A DNA stretch of 64,000 bases from a virus (IMGVR_UViG_3300025150_000011:2314-66313); one strand, 5' to 3'. Counted from the stretch's first letter, positions 44,206 to 53,763 are shown. A program made the numbers and translations. The notes: generated from the sequence alone by a model not told the origin.

Positions 44206-46322
44206 TGGCTCGCTCGGACAGGCAACAGAAAGACGCGGAGCTGGAGATGCTCTTCGCGACGGGCGAGCCTCTGGCCTCCGACGACGGCGACCTCGTGTCA
44301 CTTCCGAGCATGATGCTGCTCGAAGAAGTCGTCCCGCAGAAGTCCACGGCTCAGGCGGTTGAAAAGGGTGTCGTCGTTCAGGAGGTGACCGGCGAGCTGC
44401 CGCACATCGCTCTGGACATGGACGCGCTGAAGATTGGCGACGAGGTCGAGTTGGAGGACGGCACGAAGTCGATCATCCAGTGGATGTCGCGAGGGAAGCA
44501 GCGGCTCGGTCTCGGCAAGCGGAAGGGCAAGAACTACCTCTTCGTCTCCCTCTCGGACATCAAGACGGTGAACGGGTACCGTGTGGCCGAGGTCATGGAC
44601 CGTCAGAGGGCGGCGGCGGCGAAGGAGGAGAAGCAGGACTTCAGGCCGGCTCCGCTGAAGCTACCGAGGCACCTGCCCGAGGGTCTGATGGAGCATCAGA
44701 TCGAGGCGGTGAGCTTCGTCGAGTCGCATGACGGTCGAGGCATCCTTGCGCTGGAGATGGGGCTCGGGAAGACGGTCGTCTCGGCAGTCTGCATCCAGGC
44801 TCCAGCCGTCGCGGTCGTGCCCGCGCAGGTCAACGTGAACTGGGTGCGAGAGATCAACCGTTGGCGTCCGGACCTGTCGGTGGCTCTGATCAAGGGAGGC
44901 AATCCGGACCTCGTGACGCCGGAGATGCGCAACGCGGACGTTGTCGTTCTCAACTACGAGATCGTCGGCAAACACCTCGCGTGGCTCCGCGATCGCAAGC
45001 ATCGAACGGCGATCGCCGACGAGGCTCAGTACATCAAGAACTTGAAGGTGAAGTGGGACAAGGAGCTTCGCGCGTTCGTGCCAACGTCTGCAACGAAGAG
45101 GGCGAACGACTTCTACTTGCTCCAGAAGGACGTCCCGCGCCTGATGTTGCTCACGGGTACGCCGGTGATGAACCGGACGAAGGAACTGTGGCCGCTTCTT
45201 CATCTGGTCGATCCGAACGAGTGGGGCTCGTTCTACAAGTTCTGCCTGCGCTACTGCGGTGGTCACATGCAGTGGGTTGGTCGTCGCGAGGTGATGAACT
45301 GCGACGGCCGCACGAACTCGGACGAGCTGTTCGCGCGAACAAGCGGCATCCACATGCTCCGCATGAAGAAGGCGGACGTTTTGAACCTCCCGGAGAAGCA
45401 GCGCCGCACGAAGGTGGTCTCCCTCGATCCGAAGGTCGCGAAGGAGTACGCGAAGGCGTCGCAGGGCTTCCTCTCCTGGGTTGAAGAGCACGGCGGCTGG
45501 GAAGCGGCGGCGAAGGCGAGTCGCGCGGCCGCTCTCTCGAAGCTCACCGCCCTGCGCGAGCTGTCGGCAGTCGGCAAGGCGCCGGCAATCCTCGACGAGA
45601 TCGTCGAGTTCTTCGAGTCGACGCAGCGCCCGCTCGTCGTGATGGGTCGAAGCCGTGCTGCGATGCAGCTGATGGCCTCAGGGATCGAGGCGGAGAACGA
45701 GCAGCTGCAGAAGCTCGGATCGAAGGCCCGCATCAGCAGGCCGATTCGACACGACATGTTCGTCGGCGGACTTGGAGCGAGTCGAAGGCAGGAGATCGTT
45801 GACCGTTTCCAGCGTGGCGAGATCGACGTGCTCTTCTACAGCATCGAGATCGCCACTGGCGTGACCCTGACGAGGTCGCAGGACATGTTCTTCGTCGAAC
45901 GGAACTGGCGTCCGGCAGACCAGCTTCAAGCGGAGGATCGCTGTCATCGGATCGGCCAAAAGAACGAGCTGACAATCACCTATTACGATGGGGAGGGCAC
46001 CATGGACGCAGCCATGGCACTGCTGCTCGCCGACAAGGTGACCACGGCCGGCGCGGTCGTGGACGGGGTGAACCTCAGCGAGGACGAGGCCATGCAGATC
46101 GTGCTCGGCGAGATGGTCCGTCCCGAGATGCCCGAGGTGCTCCGGCGGAACCGCGGACCGGTGCACCGAGAGCGTCCGATCGAGGAGGTGGCCCGCATGG
46201 TCGACATGCGTCGCGTCGACGACGACGGGAACATCATCGACCGTGATGGGGAAGACGAGTACGAAAGCGAGAACACGTGGGCTGACGAGTTCGTCACCGA
46301 GTCGTGGCACGACCCTCTGTGA
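44205..46322 (+). CDS. SNF2/SWI2 (SMARCAL1/HARP-like) helicase
   Basis: HQ.EAV, ALEMGLGKT, IADEAQ, LTGTP..N and QAEDRCHRIGQ motifs. Confidence 0.92.
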   Translation: MARSDRQQKDAELEMLFATGEPLASDDGDLVSLPSMMLLEEVVPQKSTAQAVEKGVVVQEVTGELPHIALDMDALKIGDEVELEDGTKSIIQWMSRGKQRLGLGKRKGKNYLFVSLSDIKTVNGYRVAEVMDRQRAAAAKEEKQDFRPAPLKLPRHLPEGLMEHQIEAVSFVESHDGRGILALEMGLGKTVVSAVCIQAPAVAVVPAQVNVNWVREINRWRPDLSVALIKGGNPDLVTPEMRNADVVVLNYEIVGKHLAWLRDRKHRTAIADEAQYIKNLKVKWDKELRAFVPTSATKRANDFYLLQKDVPRLMLLTGTPVMNRTKELWPLLHLVDPNEWGSFYKFCLRYCGGHMQWVGRREVMNCDGRTNSDELFARTSGIHMLRMKKADVLNLPEKQRRTKVVSLDPKVAKEYAKASQGFLSWVEEHGGWEAAAKASRAAALSKLTALRELSAVGKAPAILDEIVEFFESTQRPLVVMGRSRAAMQLMASGIEAENEQLQKLGSKARISRPIRHDMFVGGLGASRRQEIVDRFQRGEIDVLFYSIEIATGVTLTRSQDMFFVERNWRPADQLQAEDRCHRIGQKNELTITYYDGEGTMDAAMALLLADKVTTAGAVVDGVNLSEDEAMQIVLGEMVRPEMPEVLRRNRGPVHRERPIEEVARMVDMRRVDDDGNIIDRDGEDEYESENTWADEFVTESWHDPL

Positions 46323-46329
46323 GAAGATC

Positions 46330-46653
46330 ATGAGCTACACCTTCAAGACACGATATCTCCCACGAAAGATCGCGGGCCTGTTCCTGACACCCGCGAGAAA
46401 CCTCGGCCTGGGGTCGAAGCTGGTGGCGCAGGGGCGCGTCGTGGACAACGTGGGGCGTCCGACCGACGCGACCATCTCGGTCTACCGAGGCTCCACGCTC
46501 GTCGGCACGGTGCGTTCGATCGCCGGCAGGTTCTCGATCTTCGACTTGGCCCCTTCGGCCTACAGCTATCGTGCGGCCGGCGTACGTGGGGGCGCGGCAA
46601 CGGGAGCCTTCGCGTCAAACGGCTCCGTCTCTAGTCTCACCGTTCGAGTCTGA
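46330..46653 (+). CDS. Small beta-sandwich (transthyretin/carboxypeptidase-regulatory-like) protein
   Basis: GRV.D..G.P..ATI...G.F....L.P..Y pattern. Confidence 0.5.
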   Translation: MSYTFKTRYLPRKIAGLFLTPARNLGLGSKLVAQGRVVDNVGRPTDATISVYRGSTLVGTVRSIAGRFSIFDLAPSAYSYRAAGVRGGAATGAFASNGSVSSLTVRV

Positions 46654-46655
46654 CG

Positions 46656-47243
46656 ATGGCTCGCTTGAACACATCGGACGCGAGGAAGACGAAGAAGATC
46701 CTCGAAGAGGTCCGGCAGAAGGACGAGGAGTTCGCGAGACTTCTCCGTGGTCGACGCTTGGTGAAGCTCCAGTACGGACAGTCCTCCGCGGTCTTCGCCG
46801 CTGGCAAGGACATGGTGGCCAAGCTCACCATCAGCAGCATCGACTGCGCGTACGCGGAGAAGCTCTACCAGCAAGGCAAGGTCATAGGGTGGCCCGAAGT
46901 CTTCGCCTACGCGCGCGTCGTGTTCAAGGGTCACGAGAAGGCGTGTGTGATGCTCGCGGAGCGCTGCACGGAGTCACTGGACCTCTCGGACAGAAAGGCG
47001 CGGAGACTTGACGCCGCCGTGGCTCTTGTCGAGGTGTGGTTCGGCTACGATGGCCGACGTCCGCTCAACGCACTTGAAGACTGGTTTCGCCTCGACGAGG
47101 AGCAGCGAAAGTGGGCCAAGCAGCTCACACAAGGATTGGTGGCAATCGACCGTCTTCGAGAAAACGTTGACCTGGACACCTTCAACGGGAACTACGGGCT
47201 CGACGCGTACGGCAACGCTGTGTGGATCGACTACGGCATCTGA
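46656..47243 (+). CDS. Protein-kinase-like enzyme
   Basis: G.SSAVF, VAKL, DL...NGNYG and WIDYG motifs. Confidence 0.65.
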   Translation: MARLNTSDARKTKKILEEVRQKDEEFARLLRGRRLVKLQYGQSSAVFAAGKDMVAKLTISSIDCAYAEKLYQQGKVIGWPEVFAYARVVFKGHEKACVMLAERCTESLDLSDRKARRLDAAVALVEVWFGYDGRRPLNALEDWFRLDEEQRKWAKQLTQGLVAIDRLRENVDLDTFNGNYGLDAYGNAVWIDYGI

Positions 47244-47245
47244 CC

Positions 47246-47764
47246 ATGATCCTTTACCACGTCACATACGCGGCCAATCTGCCGAGCATTGCGAAGCATG
47301 GATTGGTGCCTGGTGAACGAAGCAACTACAGCGGAGGGTACGAGGGACACTCCAAGGGTCGCATCTTCCTCACAGAGGAAGATGGGGTCAGCTACTGGTA
47401 TCAGAGGATGATCGACTTGGCTGAGCACAACTCGGACAATCCGCTGGAAGACCTTCTCGTGCCAGTTGTGCTCGCGATAGACACAGAAGACCTTCAGTTC
47501 TACCCAGACGAACTCCCCATCGAAGAAGACAAGGTGGGAACGCGAGACGCCTTGGCTCAGGCATGGTTCACGAGGGAGCCCATCGACACTAGCGGTATCT
47601 ACCTGTGGAACGGCGAAGAGTGGGTTGACCCGTCCGAGGGCGCCGATCTCGAACTCGCTTTGGATATCGAAGAGCGTTACGACGAAGACGATGACGAGGA
47701 GTGGATCGAGACTGAGTGGGCAGATCCGAATCCGCTTTGCGATGTGGGACCCATCGATCTGTGA
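47246..47764 (+). CDS. ART-fold protein (KptA/DarT-like NAD-binding motif)
   Basis: LYHVT...NL.SI..HGL.P.......RIFLT; acidic tail. Confidence 0.7.
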   Translation: MILYHVTYAANLPSIAKHGLVPGERSNYSGGYEGHSKGRIFLTEEDGVSYWYQRMIDLAEHNSDNPLEDLLVPVVLAIDTEDLQFYPDELPIEEDKVGTRDALAQAWFTREPIDTSGIYLWNGEEWVDPSEGADLELALDIEERYDEDDDEEWIETEWADPNPLCDVGPIDL

Positions 47765-47773
47765 ACCAGCGAC

Positions 47774-48217
47774 CTAGCCTGCACCGACCGCATCGCGCTC
47801 GTTGAGACGGCGAACCTCGTCGTCGGACAGGCGTAGCCACAGATCGTCCATGATCTCGTGGCATCGCTCTGCGAAATCGGGACACCCGTCCACTTCGAAA
47901 TCAGCAGCGACCTGCTCAAGTCGAAGGTACGCGTCGATATTCTCGCCGCAGCGAAGGGCGCCCATCGTGAGGCGCGCCCAGGTGGACATATCGTCAAGCT
48001 CCAGCCATCGCTCATCCCACTTTCGTTCGTGTGGGAGTGCACGAGCCACGAGATTGGCACGCCATCGACTTGCCCCGAGCCGCGTCAACAACGCGTTCCT
48101 TGCGCGCTTCACTGCCTTCCGCGCACGTTTAGCCTTCGCGGCATCCAGGCGCGCAAAGTTCCGGCAACCATCGAAGTAGCGATCGTCACACCAATCCTCG
48201 TACCGCTCGCGGCTCAC
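47774..48217 (-). CDS. Hypothetical protein
   Basis: Coupled minus-strand run. Confidence 0.5.
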   Translation of the reverse strand: MSRERYEDWCDDRYFDGCRNFARLDAAKAKRARKAVKRARNALLTRLGASRWRANLVARALPHERKWDERWLELDDMSTWARLTMGALRCGENIDAYLRLEQVAADFEVDGCPDFAERCHEIMDDLWLRLSDDEVRRLNERDAVGAG

Positions 48218-48636
48218 GGGGTGTCACCGAGCTGCATGCACTCGGCAACCTCTTCAAGGTGCTCTTCGAGCTTCGTCATGATCCCCGAGATGACCGCGAA
48301 CGTTTGCGCAGGTTCGGGTCGGTAGACCAGACCGGAATGTTCGAGCAGGTCGAGAGATCGCTCGATGAGCACCTCTTCGTCGACGCTCGCAACCTCGTCC
48401 GGCCAAGCGAGCCACACATTGGGGTCGTTCGGCTTGTAGAACGTGCCGAAATACTTCGCCTGGTAGTAGGACATGGCGTGTCCCCAACAGTCGGCTTCGA
48501 ACTCTTCGAGCAAGTGGTCATCCGCATCGCGGAGCGTTCGAATGTGGTCGGCGTGCTGCTTGAGCGTGGCGAACGTGGCTCGGCTCTTGCCGTTCTTGTC
48601 GGTCGTTCCGTAGATGACGATGGTTCGAGTGGTCAT
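48214..48636 (-). CDS. Hypothetical protein
   Basis: ATGA overlap. Confidence 0.6.
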   Translation of the reverse strand: MTTRTIVIYGTTDKNGKSRATFATLKQHADHIRTLRDADDHLLEEFEADCWGHAMSYYQAKYFGTFYKPNDPNVWLAWPDEVASVDEEVLIERSLDLLEHSGLVYRPEPAQTFAVISGIMTKLEEHLEEVAECMQLGDTP

Positions 48637-48667
48637 GTGTTTCCTCGGGAGATTCCGTAGGTGACAG

Positions 48668-49066
48668 TCACCGTCGGCTCATCACATGCTTGATGAACTC
48701 GTCCGGTGGCTTCACCTCGTGAGCGACGATGTAGTGCGCGAAGCCCTCGGGCCAGACGTACAGACCATCGGTCATGTCCTTGGTGCCGTTCTCGCACCCG
48801 CAGATGCGACAGGTGGACCAGCCGAGGTAGGCCATGTGCACGCGACCTCGTCGAAGGTGGGCGAGCACCGCGTCGCGCTCTTCTCCGATCCATGACGGAT
48901 CGACCATGTCTCGAACGTTCGGGTACCTGGCTTCGTTGGGAAGGAGCTTCTGCGCGTGAGCGAGCAAGGCTGCCGCGACCCCCTGCTTGGTGAGGATGTC
49001 GATGGTGCTGACCAGGGAAGGTCCGCTGTTGGGCTGCCAGAACCCCACGTACTTGGTCTCGATCAT
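48668..49066 (-). CDS. Phage hypothetical protein
   Basis: YLGWSTCRICG..NG....TDG.YVWPEG..HY...H.V motif. Confidence 0.65.
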   Translation of the reverse strand: MIETKYVGFWQPNSGPSLVSTIDILTKQGVAAALLAHAQKLLPNEARYPNVRDMVDPSWIGEERDAVLAHLRRGRVHMAYLGWSTCRICGCENGTKDMTDGLYVWPEGFAHYIVAHEVKPPDEFIKHVMSRR

Positions 49067-49431
49067 CGGTAGACCCCCTGTGTGGGTGGGGACGGCTGCG
49101 TCTCCTCGGTTTCTCTGTCTTGGCTCCACACGCTGACTCCGGCGTACTCCATGTATTGGACGATATCCTCCCCATTGATGCCGATGACGTCACCCACGGT
49201 TCCGGCTCTATGAGTCCATCGCCAGACGATGCCGTGGTCCGACCATGCATTGGCGGATCGAAGCATCGACTTCTGTTGTGGCGCATCGCCGATTCTCAGC
49301 AGTCTTTTCCACCACGGTCGCGTGTCCGCGGGCAGTTCGTACTCGTACCAGTGGATCACGGCGAGCCACCCGCCCTTGGGTCGCCTCTTCACCCGCTCGA
49401 ACCACTTCTTGCTTTCCCACTTCTTGCTCAT
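49063..49431 (-). CDS. Hypothetical protein
   Basis: ATGA overlaps. Confidence 0.5.
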   Translation of the reverse strand: MSKKWESKKWFERVKRRPKGGWLAVIHWYEYELPADTRPWWKRLLRIGDAPQQKSMLRSANAWSDHGIVWRWTHRAGTVGDVIGINGEDIVQYMEYAGVSVWSQDRETEETQPSPPTQGVYR

Positions 49432-49925
49432 CGGATCCTCAGTTCGGGGTCACCCATCACGACTTCGGTCCCCGCAGGGATCAGGCCCATCGTGCGGAAC
49501 GCCGTGTTCATGTCGGCCTTCCGGATCTCGACCACCGTCTTCTTGAACTCGTCGGGGACGAGCGATTCATCTGTGACGACCAGGCGAGCCTTCGCCTTCG
49601 TCAGCGAGACCGTGAAGAGGCTCGTCTTGATCTTGTCGATGTCGAGCACGCTCATCGTGGCGCGCACCCATTCGCGAAGTCGCGCCTGACGGTTCTCCAG
49701 GGCCTGACGGCGCTTCTTCAACCTTTCCTCTTCCTTCTTCAGCTTCGCCACGTCCCCTTCGATGCCGAAGATGACTCGGCAGATGGCGTCGACCTTCGCG
49801 TCCAGCTCGCCCTTGATGTCGTCGACCAGTGTCAGCGCCGACTCGATCTCGGCTTCGTCAGCCATCGGGTCGTCGAGAATGCGCTGGATGGTCTGGAATG
49901 CGTCGCCCAGTTCGTAGAGGTTCAT
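49428..49925 (-). CDS. Siphovirus Gp157-like protein
   Basis: MNLYEL..; coiled coil KLKKEEERL..RR; KIKT.LF; IP.G......LRIR. Confidence 0.85.
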   Translation of the reverse strand: MNLYELGDAFQTIQRILDDPMADEAEIESALTLVDDIKGELDAKVDAICRVIFGIEGDVAKLKKEEERLKKRRQALENRQARLREWVRATMSVLDIDKIKTSLFTVSLTKAKARLVVTDESLVPDEFKKTVVEIRKADMNTAFRTMGLIPAGTEVVMGDPELRIR

Positions 49926-49944
49926 AGGCCGCGCATCCTACTGC

Positions 49945-49973
49945 TTGACCACCTGTCTGACAAGGGGTACCTT
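49945..49973 (+). promoter_or_regulatory. Sigma70 promoter with TGTCTGACA (49954-49962) in the spacer
   Basis: TTGACC-17-TACCTT. Confidence 0.8.
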
Positions 49974-49983
49974 CGACGCACCC

Positions 49984-50223
49984 ATGAGCACCGACGACAC
50001 GCCGCGCACCGTCACCATGAAGTATCACCGCACCATCAAGGGCACTTGGCTGGTGAGCACGACGTGGGAGAAGGACGGCGTGAAGCGCTGCATCGTGTTC
50101 GAAGCTCCGGATCCCATTTTCTTCGACGCGGTGGAGACGAGTTCTCGACTGCTCAAGTCGGATGCGTTCGGGAGGCGGAACAACGCTGAGGAGCTGTTCC
50201 CTGGCTCCCTGCGAGGAAACTGA
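49984..50223 (+). CDS. Small hypothetical protein
   Basis: Follows the promoter. Confidence 0.55.
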   Translation: MSTDDTPRTVTMKYHRTIKGTWLVSTTWEKDGVKRCIVFEAPDPIFFDAVETSSRLLKSDAFGRRNNAEELFPGSLRGN

Positions 50224-50224
50224 A

Positions 50225-50683
50225 ATGGAACAAGCGAAAGTGAGCGAGACGATGCAGGACACGGCCACGACGGAGGAGCGGGGGATGTTGACGGGTGCAG
50301 TGTTGGAGAAGGCGCACACCCTGGTGGGCACCCGACGAAATCTCCTCACGGACATGCAGAAGGCCCTCGGTGAGCTTCGTGCTTTCGGCAAGGAGGTCGA
50401 AGCGGCGGAACGTCAGTACGAGGCCGATCGCGAGCAGGCCATGGAGGAGGAGCGCAAGACGGTCGCAGCGCTCGATGCAGAGCTGGAAGCTGCGAAGCGA
50501 CAGCACGCGCTGAGGGTCGAGGAGGCTCATCAGGTCTCTGCGCGAGCCGTCAATCAGTCGAAGTCGCGCATGGGCATGGCGAGGGCGCGGTACGAGACCG
50601 CTCGGGAGCTGTACCAGAAGCTCAAGCGCAATCTCGCGAAGCTCGTCGCGGAACTGCCGACCTGCGAGGCGCACGATGGATGA
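50225..50683 (+). CDS. Coiled-coil protein
   Basis: E/A/R/K heptads. Confidence 0.65.
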   Translation: MEQAKVSETMQDTATTEERGMLTGAVLEKAHTLVGTRRNLLTDMQKALGELRAFGKEVEAAERQYEADREQAMEEERKTVAALDAELEAAKRQHALRVEEAHQVSARAVNQSKSRMGMARARYETARELYQKLKRNLAKLVAELPTCEAHDG

Positions 50684-51131
50684 GGGAAGCGGCTTGAGGG
50701 TCGGTGACCTTGTCGCACCCAAGAAGAAGCGGGTAAAGAACGGCTTCTCGATGATCTGTGTCGGGAAGCAGGTGAGCCGAGACGGCTCAATCACGCACGT
50801 TCGGCGCGTCATGCTTTCGTTTGGCGGGACCGCGCTCTCCGTGGAAGCTCAGGCACGGTTGGATGGCGGAGAGCCGATCACTTGGTGTGGCGAGAGCATG
50901 AACGAAGAGAACATCGGCTACATCACCATCGACGCGGCCATTCACCCGACCAGCAATCGCGTCATCTGTGAGGCTTGCCGCGATGCCATCATCGACGCGC
51001 TGATGTCGAGGAACGATGACGAGTTCGGGGGTTGGGTGGATGTTCCCGTCTATCATGAGCCGGATGAGCCCAGGGCGAAGCTGAGGCTCATCAAGTCAGA
51101 TGAGAGCGATGACGGGAGCGAGGGTGCTTGA
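50676..51131 (+). CDS. Hypothetical protein
   Basis: Overlap-coupled. Confidence 0.55.
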   Translation: MDEGSGLRVGDLVAPKKKRVKNGFSMICVGKQVSRDGSITHVRRVMLSFGGTALSVEAQARLDGGEPITWCGESMNEENIGYITIDAAIHPTSNRVICEACRDAIIDALMSRNDDEFGGWVDVPVYHEPDEPRAKLRLIKSDESDDGSEGA

Positions 51132-51465
51132 TCGCGGCGCCCCCGTCTCGTGGTCCGGAGGGACAGGGATCGTCGTCTCGGACGTGGGCGACGCAACGGT
51201 TGTCGTACGTCGCGAGGACGGCGCTTCCTTTCGTGTCGCGCGAGAAGACCTTGTATCGATCGAGAGACCTAAGCCTGACCTCTGGGGATTCGTTGTGGAT
51301 GCACACTTCTGCGCTCTGCAGAGACAGTCGCATCCGCCGACGAAAACGGAGATGGTCGAAGGCGCGTGGACCCTGTGTGAAAAGTGGGTGTCGTCCAGGT
51401 CTGCGCCCACCAAGGGACCGGTCACGTGTGCGACGTGCGTCGCTCGCGCGGAGGCGTTCAAGTGA
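51124..51465 (+). CDS. Hypothetical protein (KOW-like plus Cys)
   Basis: Coupled; CATC motif. Confidence 0.45.
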   Translation: MLDRGAPVSWSGGTGIVVSDVGDATVVVRREDGASFRVAREDLVSIERPKPDLWGFVVDAHFCALQRQSHPPTKTEMVEGAWTLCEKWVSSRSAPTKGPVTCATCVARAEAFK

Positions 51466-51800
51466 GTCGAGAGAGGCTTGATAGACGCGAGTTGTTCGAG
51501 CGAGGCGTGTTGAGGCCGATCTTTCTCATGAGCGCCTTCGCGGCCGGCTGCGTTTTCGGTATTGGGATCGACAGGGCGGATCCGTGGAGCGTGCTGCTCA
51601 GTCTTCTCATGTTTGCGGTGTTCTATGCGTGCGCCGAGAGCTATTGGCGCAAGGTGTACGCCGGGAGACTCGCGGTGAGCCGGCAGGTTGAGCATCTCCG
51701 GGAGTGCGTGCAGGCGGCCTACGCGTGGTCGGACCGATGGCGGTCGTTCGCGCTGGGACACGGCGACCCTTGGAAGGGGAAAGACAACGCGGATGCCTAG
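51462..51800 (+). CDS. Two-TM membrane protein
   Basis: Hydrophobic helices; GTGA overlap. Confidence 0.5.
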   Translation: MSRERLDRRELFERGVLRPIFLMSAFAAGCVFGIGIDRADPWSVLLSLLMFAVFYACAESYWRKVYAGRLAVSRQVEHLRECVQAAYAWSDRWRSFALGHGDPWKGKDNADA

Positions 51801-52059
51801 GACAAAGGACAATCATCCGTTTCGACGCCGTTCTTCGATGAAGGGCGCTCAGGCCAAGGCGCAGCGTGCGCAGCAGAACGTGTCGGAGGCACTCATGGCT
51901 TCGACGTGGTTCGCAAGGGAGTTCCTGCCGAGGTATCTCGCAGAGAATCCCGCGGCGATGATGCGTGTCGTGGCCGTCGTTCGGTCAGATCCGCAGGCAG
52001 AACAGGCGATCCTCGCGCGACTCGAAAAGGACGCGAGCGGCGGCGGCTCTTACGTGTGA
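51793..52059 (+). CDS. Hypothetical protein
   Basis: Coupled. Confidence 0.5.
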   Translation: MPRTKDNHPFRRRSSMKGAQAKAQRAQQNVSEALMASTWFAREFLPRYLAENPAAMMRVVAVVRSDPQAEQAILARLEKDASGGGSYV

Positions 52060-52066
52060 GGTTCAG

Positions 52067-52783
52067 ATGGGCGATCCCTACAAGTTGGTTTCGGAGCGAG
52101 ATGGCAACCGCTTCATATGGGCGTGCGGCCTGTGTAACCGCACGTGTGTCAATGAGGCACACGCCAAAATCTGCTGCGTCTGCAATGCGTGTGGCGCGCC
52201 GTCTCGCTCCAAGCACCACACACTCTGCGAGGCGTGTAAGGTAAAGGAGGACCAGAAGCGGTTCGCGGAAGACCACGCGCGAGAGATGCGAATCATCGCC
52301 AAGGCGGAACTCGTGGATTTCGCGGACTACGACGTGGCGATGGTCAGCACGACACCGTATGGAGACGAGGGGAGCTATTACGGTGCCTACGACTACATCG
52401 AGGATGCCGAGGGGAACGATCGGACGTGGGCGTGGGCGTGTACGGAGGTGATGCTCGGCGTCGGCACGTTCGATGCGCGCGATCTCGTGGCGAATGTGAC
52501 GGAGGAGTGGTTCGAGGATGCGGTGGATCACTTCGACATCGACGCGCTTCAGAAGCTGCTCGACGGCTGGTGCGAGTCGCAGAACGAGGTGAAGTGCTAC
52601 ATGGCCGATGAGAAGCGGATCGTCGTGTTCTGCGCAGAGAAACGAGCTGAGGTCGAGGCGATGGTGAAGGAAGCGGCGGAGTTCGTCGCCAAGCGTGTCG
52701 GTCGCACGCCGGAGCAACTTCGCGACGATGAGCGTCGCTGGCGGCTCATGGGTCTCACGGCTGAAGTCGAAGTCGATCTCTGA
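52067..52783 (+). CDS. Cys-rich Zn-finger hypothetical protein
   Basis: CGLC, CCVCNAC and CEAC motifs. Confidence 0.65.
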   Translation: MGDPYKLVSERDGNRFIWACGLCNRTCVNEAHAKICCVCNACGAPSRSKHHTLCEACKVKEDQKRFAEDHAREMRIIAKAELVDFADYDVAMVSTTPYGDEGSYYGAYDYIEDAEGNDRTWAWACTEVMLGVGTFDARDLVANVTEEWFEDAVDHFDIDALQKLLDGWCESQNEVKCYMADEKRIVVFCAEKRAEVEAMVKEAAEFVAKRVGRTPEQLRDDERRWRLMGLTAEVEVDL

Positions 52784-52795
52784 CAGGAGGGTGTC

Positions 52796-53500
52796 GTGGG
52801 AAACAGGAAGTGCGATTCGTGTGGGTCGACCATGTTGCTTTTCGGGTCGATCGCTGTCAGGTGCCTCGAATGCGGTCGGCTTCAGGGGGAGAAGCCGAGG
52901 AGCGCGGACGAGCACGAGAACGGTTTTCGGGAGGGGCTCCGCCTCGCGATGCAGCTCGCGCGTGGTCATGGGGACCTCGCGTACGTTCCGGACATCGTGG
53001 AAGAGATCGAGAAGTGCATCGATCCCGACTATGAGCCCGCACCGATGCCGGACCACCCGGAGTTCGGCCCGTTGCGCGAGCGACCGCCGTGTGCCGGCTC
53101 GCCGTCGTGCATGGTCGGTGAGGAGGGGTCGGGAACGTCGCACGGAATCCGCTGCCCGCTGTTCTCGTCCGAGAATCGCATCGCCTGGTACAAGGCGGAG
53201 ATCGCCAGGTACCGCCGCTGGCTCGACTTCGCCCCTCCTTTTCCCAAGACCTTCAAGCCGCTCGACGACGAGGGGCTCCGCGCCATTCGACTCCGGTGGG
53301 CGACCGGCCCCGAGCGGTACCAGGCCGACGCCGACGCACTGATCTTCACCATCGCATACATGCGGGCCGAACACGCTCGACTGCGCGGGCGAGGCCCACA
53401 TCCCGACTGCGAACTGCACACCGAAGACAAGAAGGCTTTCGCGGATTGCGACGGTGACGGGCACCACACATGCGCCACCTGCACGAGGAGAACCAAGTGA
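52796..53500 (+). CDS. Mosaic Cys-rich hypothetical protein
   Basis: CDSC, CLEC and CATC motifs. Confidence 0.55.
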   Translation: MGNRKCDSCGSTMLLFGSIAVRCLECGRLQGEKPRSADEHENGFREGLRLAMQLARGHGDLAYVPDIVEEIEKCIDPDYEPAPMPDHPEFGPLRERPPCAGSPSCMVGEEGSGTSHGIRCPLFSSENRIAWYKAEIARYRRWLDFAPPFPKTFKPLDDEGLRAIRLRWATGPERYQADADALIFTIAYMRAEHARLRGRGPHPDCELHTEDKKAFADCDGDGHHTCATCTRRTK

Positions 53501-53763
53501 GCCGCCTGACCCCCGCGCAGAAACACATCCTCGAACTCATGCGTAGCAAACCGTACGGACTCGGCGCCGAGTCGGCCGCCATTCTCCGATACGAAGCCAC
53601 GAGACAGCCAGGAGAACGAGCGTGGTGTCAGCTTCATCCTCGGCTGCGGTCCATTCGGAAGGCTGGCGCAGCGAAGGCGATCGAACGCCTGGTTGAGCTG
53701 GGCCTCGCGAAGCCCGTCGAACCGGGGTGGGATGGGACTCAGTACAAGGTGGTCAACGAATAA
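53497..53763 (+). CDS. Small winged-helix-like protein
   Basis: LTPAQ..IL..M...A..RLVELGL pattern. Confidence 0.45.
   Translation: MSRLTPAQKHILELMRSKPYGLGAESAAILRYEATRQPGERAWCQLHPRLRSIRKAGAAKAIERLVELGLAKPVEPGWDGTQYKVVNE

Noticed and set aside
51893-53467. 524-aa minus-strand ORF; likewise 57865..58827, 30120..31064, 30226..31404 and 42580..43887
   Set aside because: These are shadow or alternate-frame ORFs over well-supported genes, expected at high GC; no recognisable motifs.
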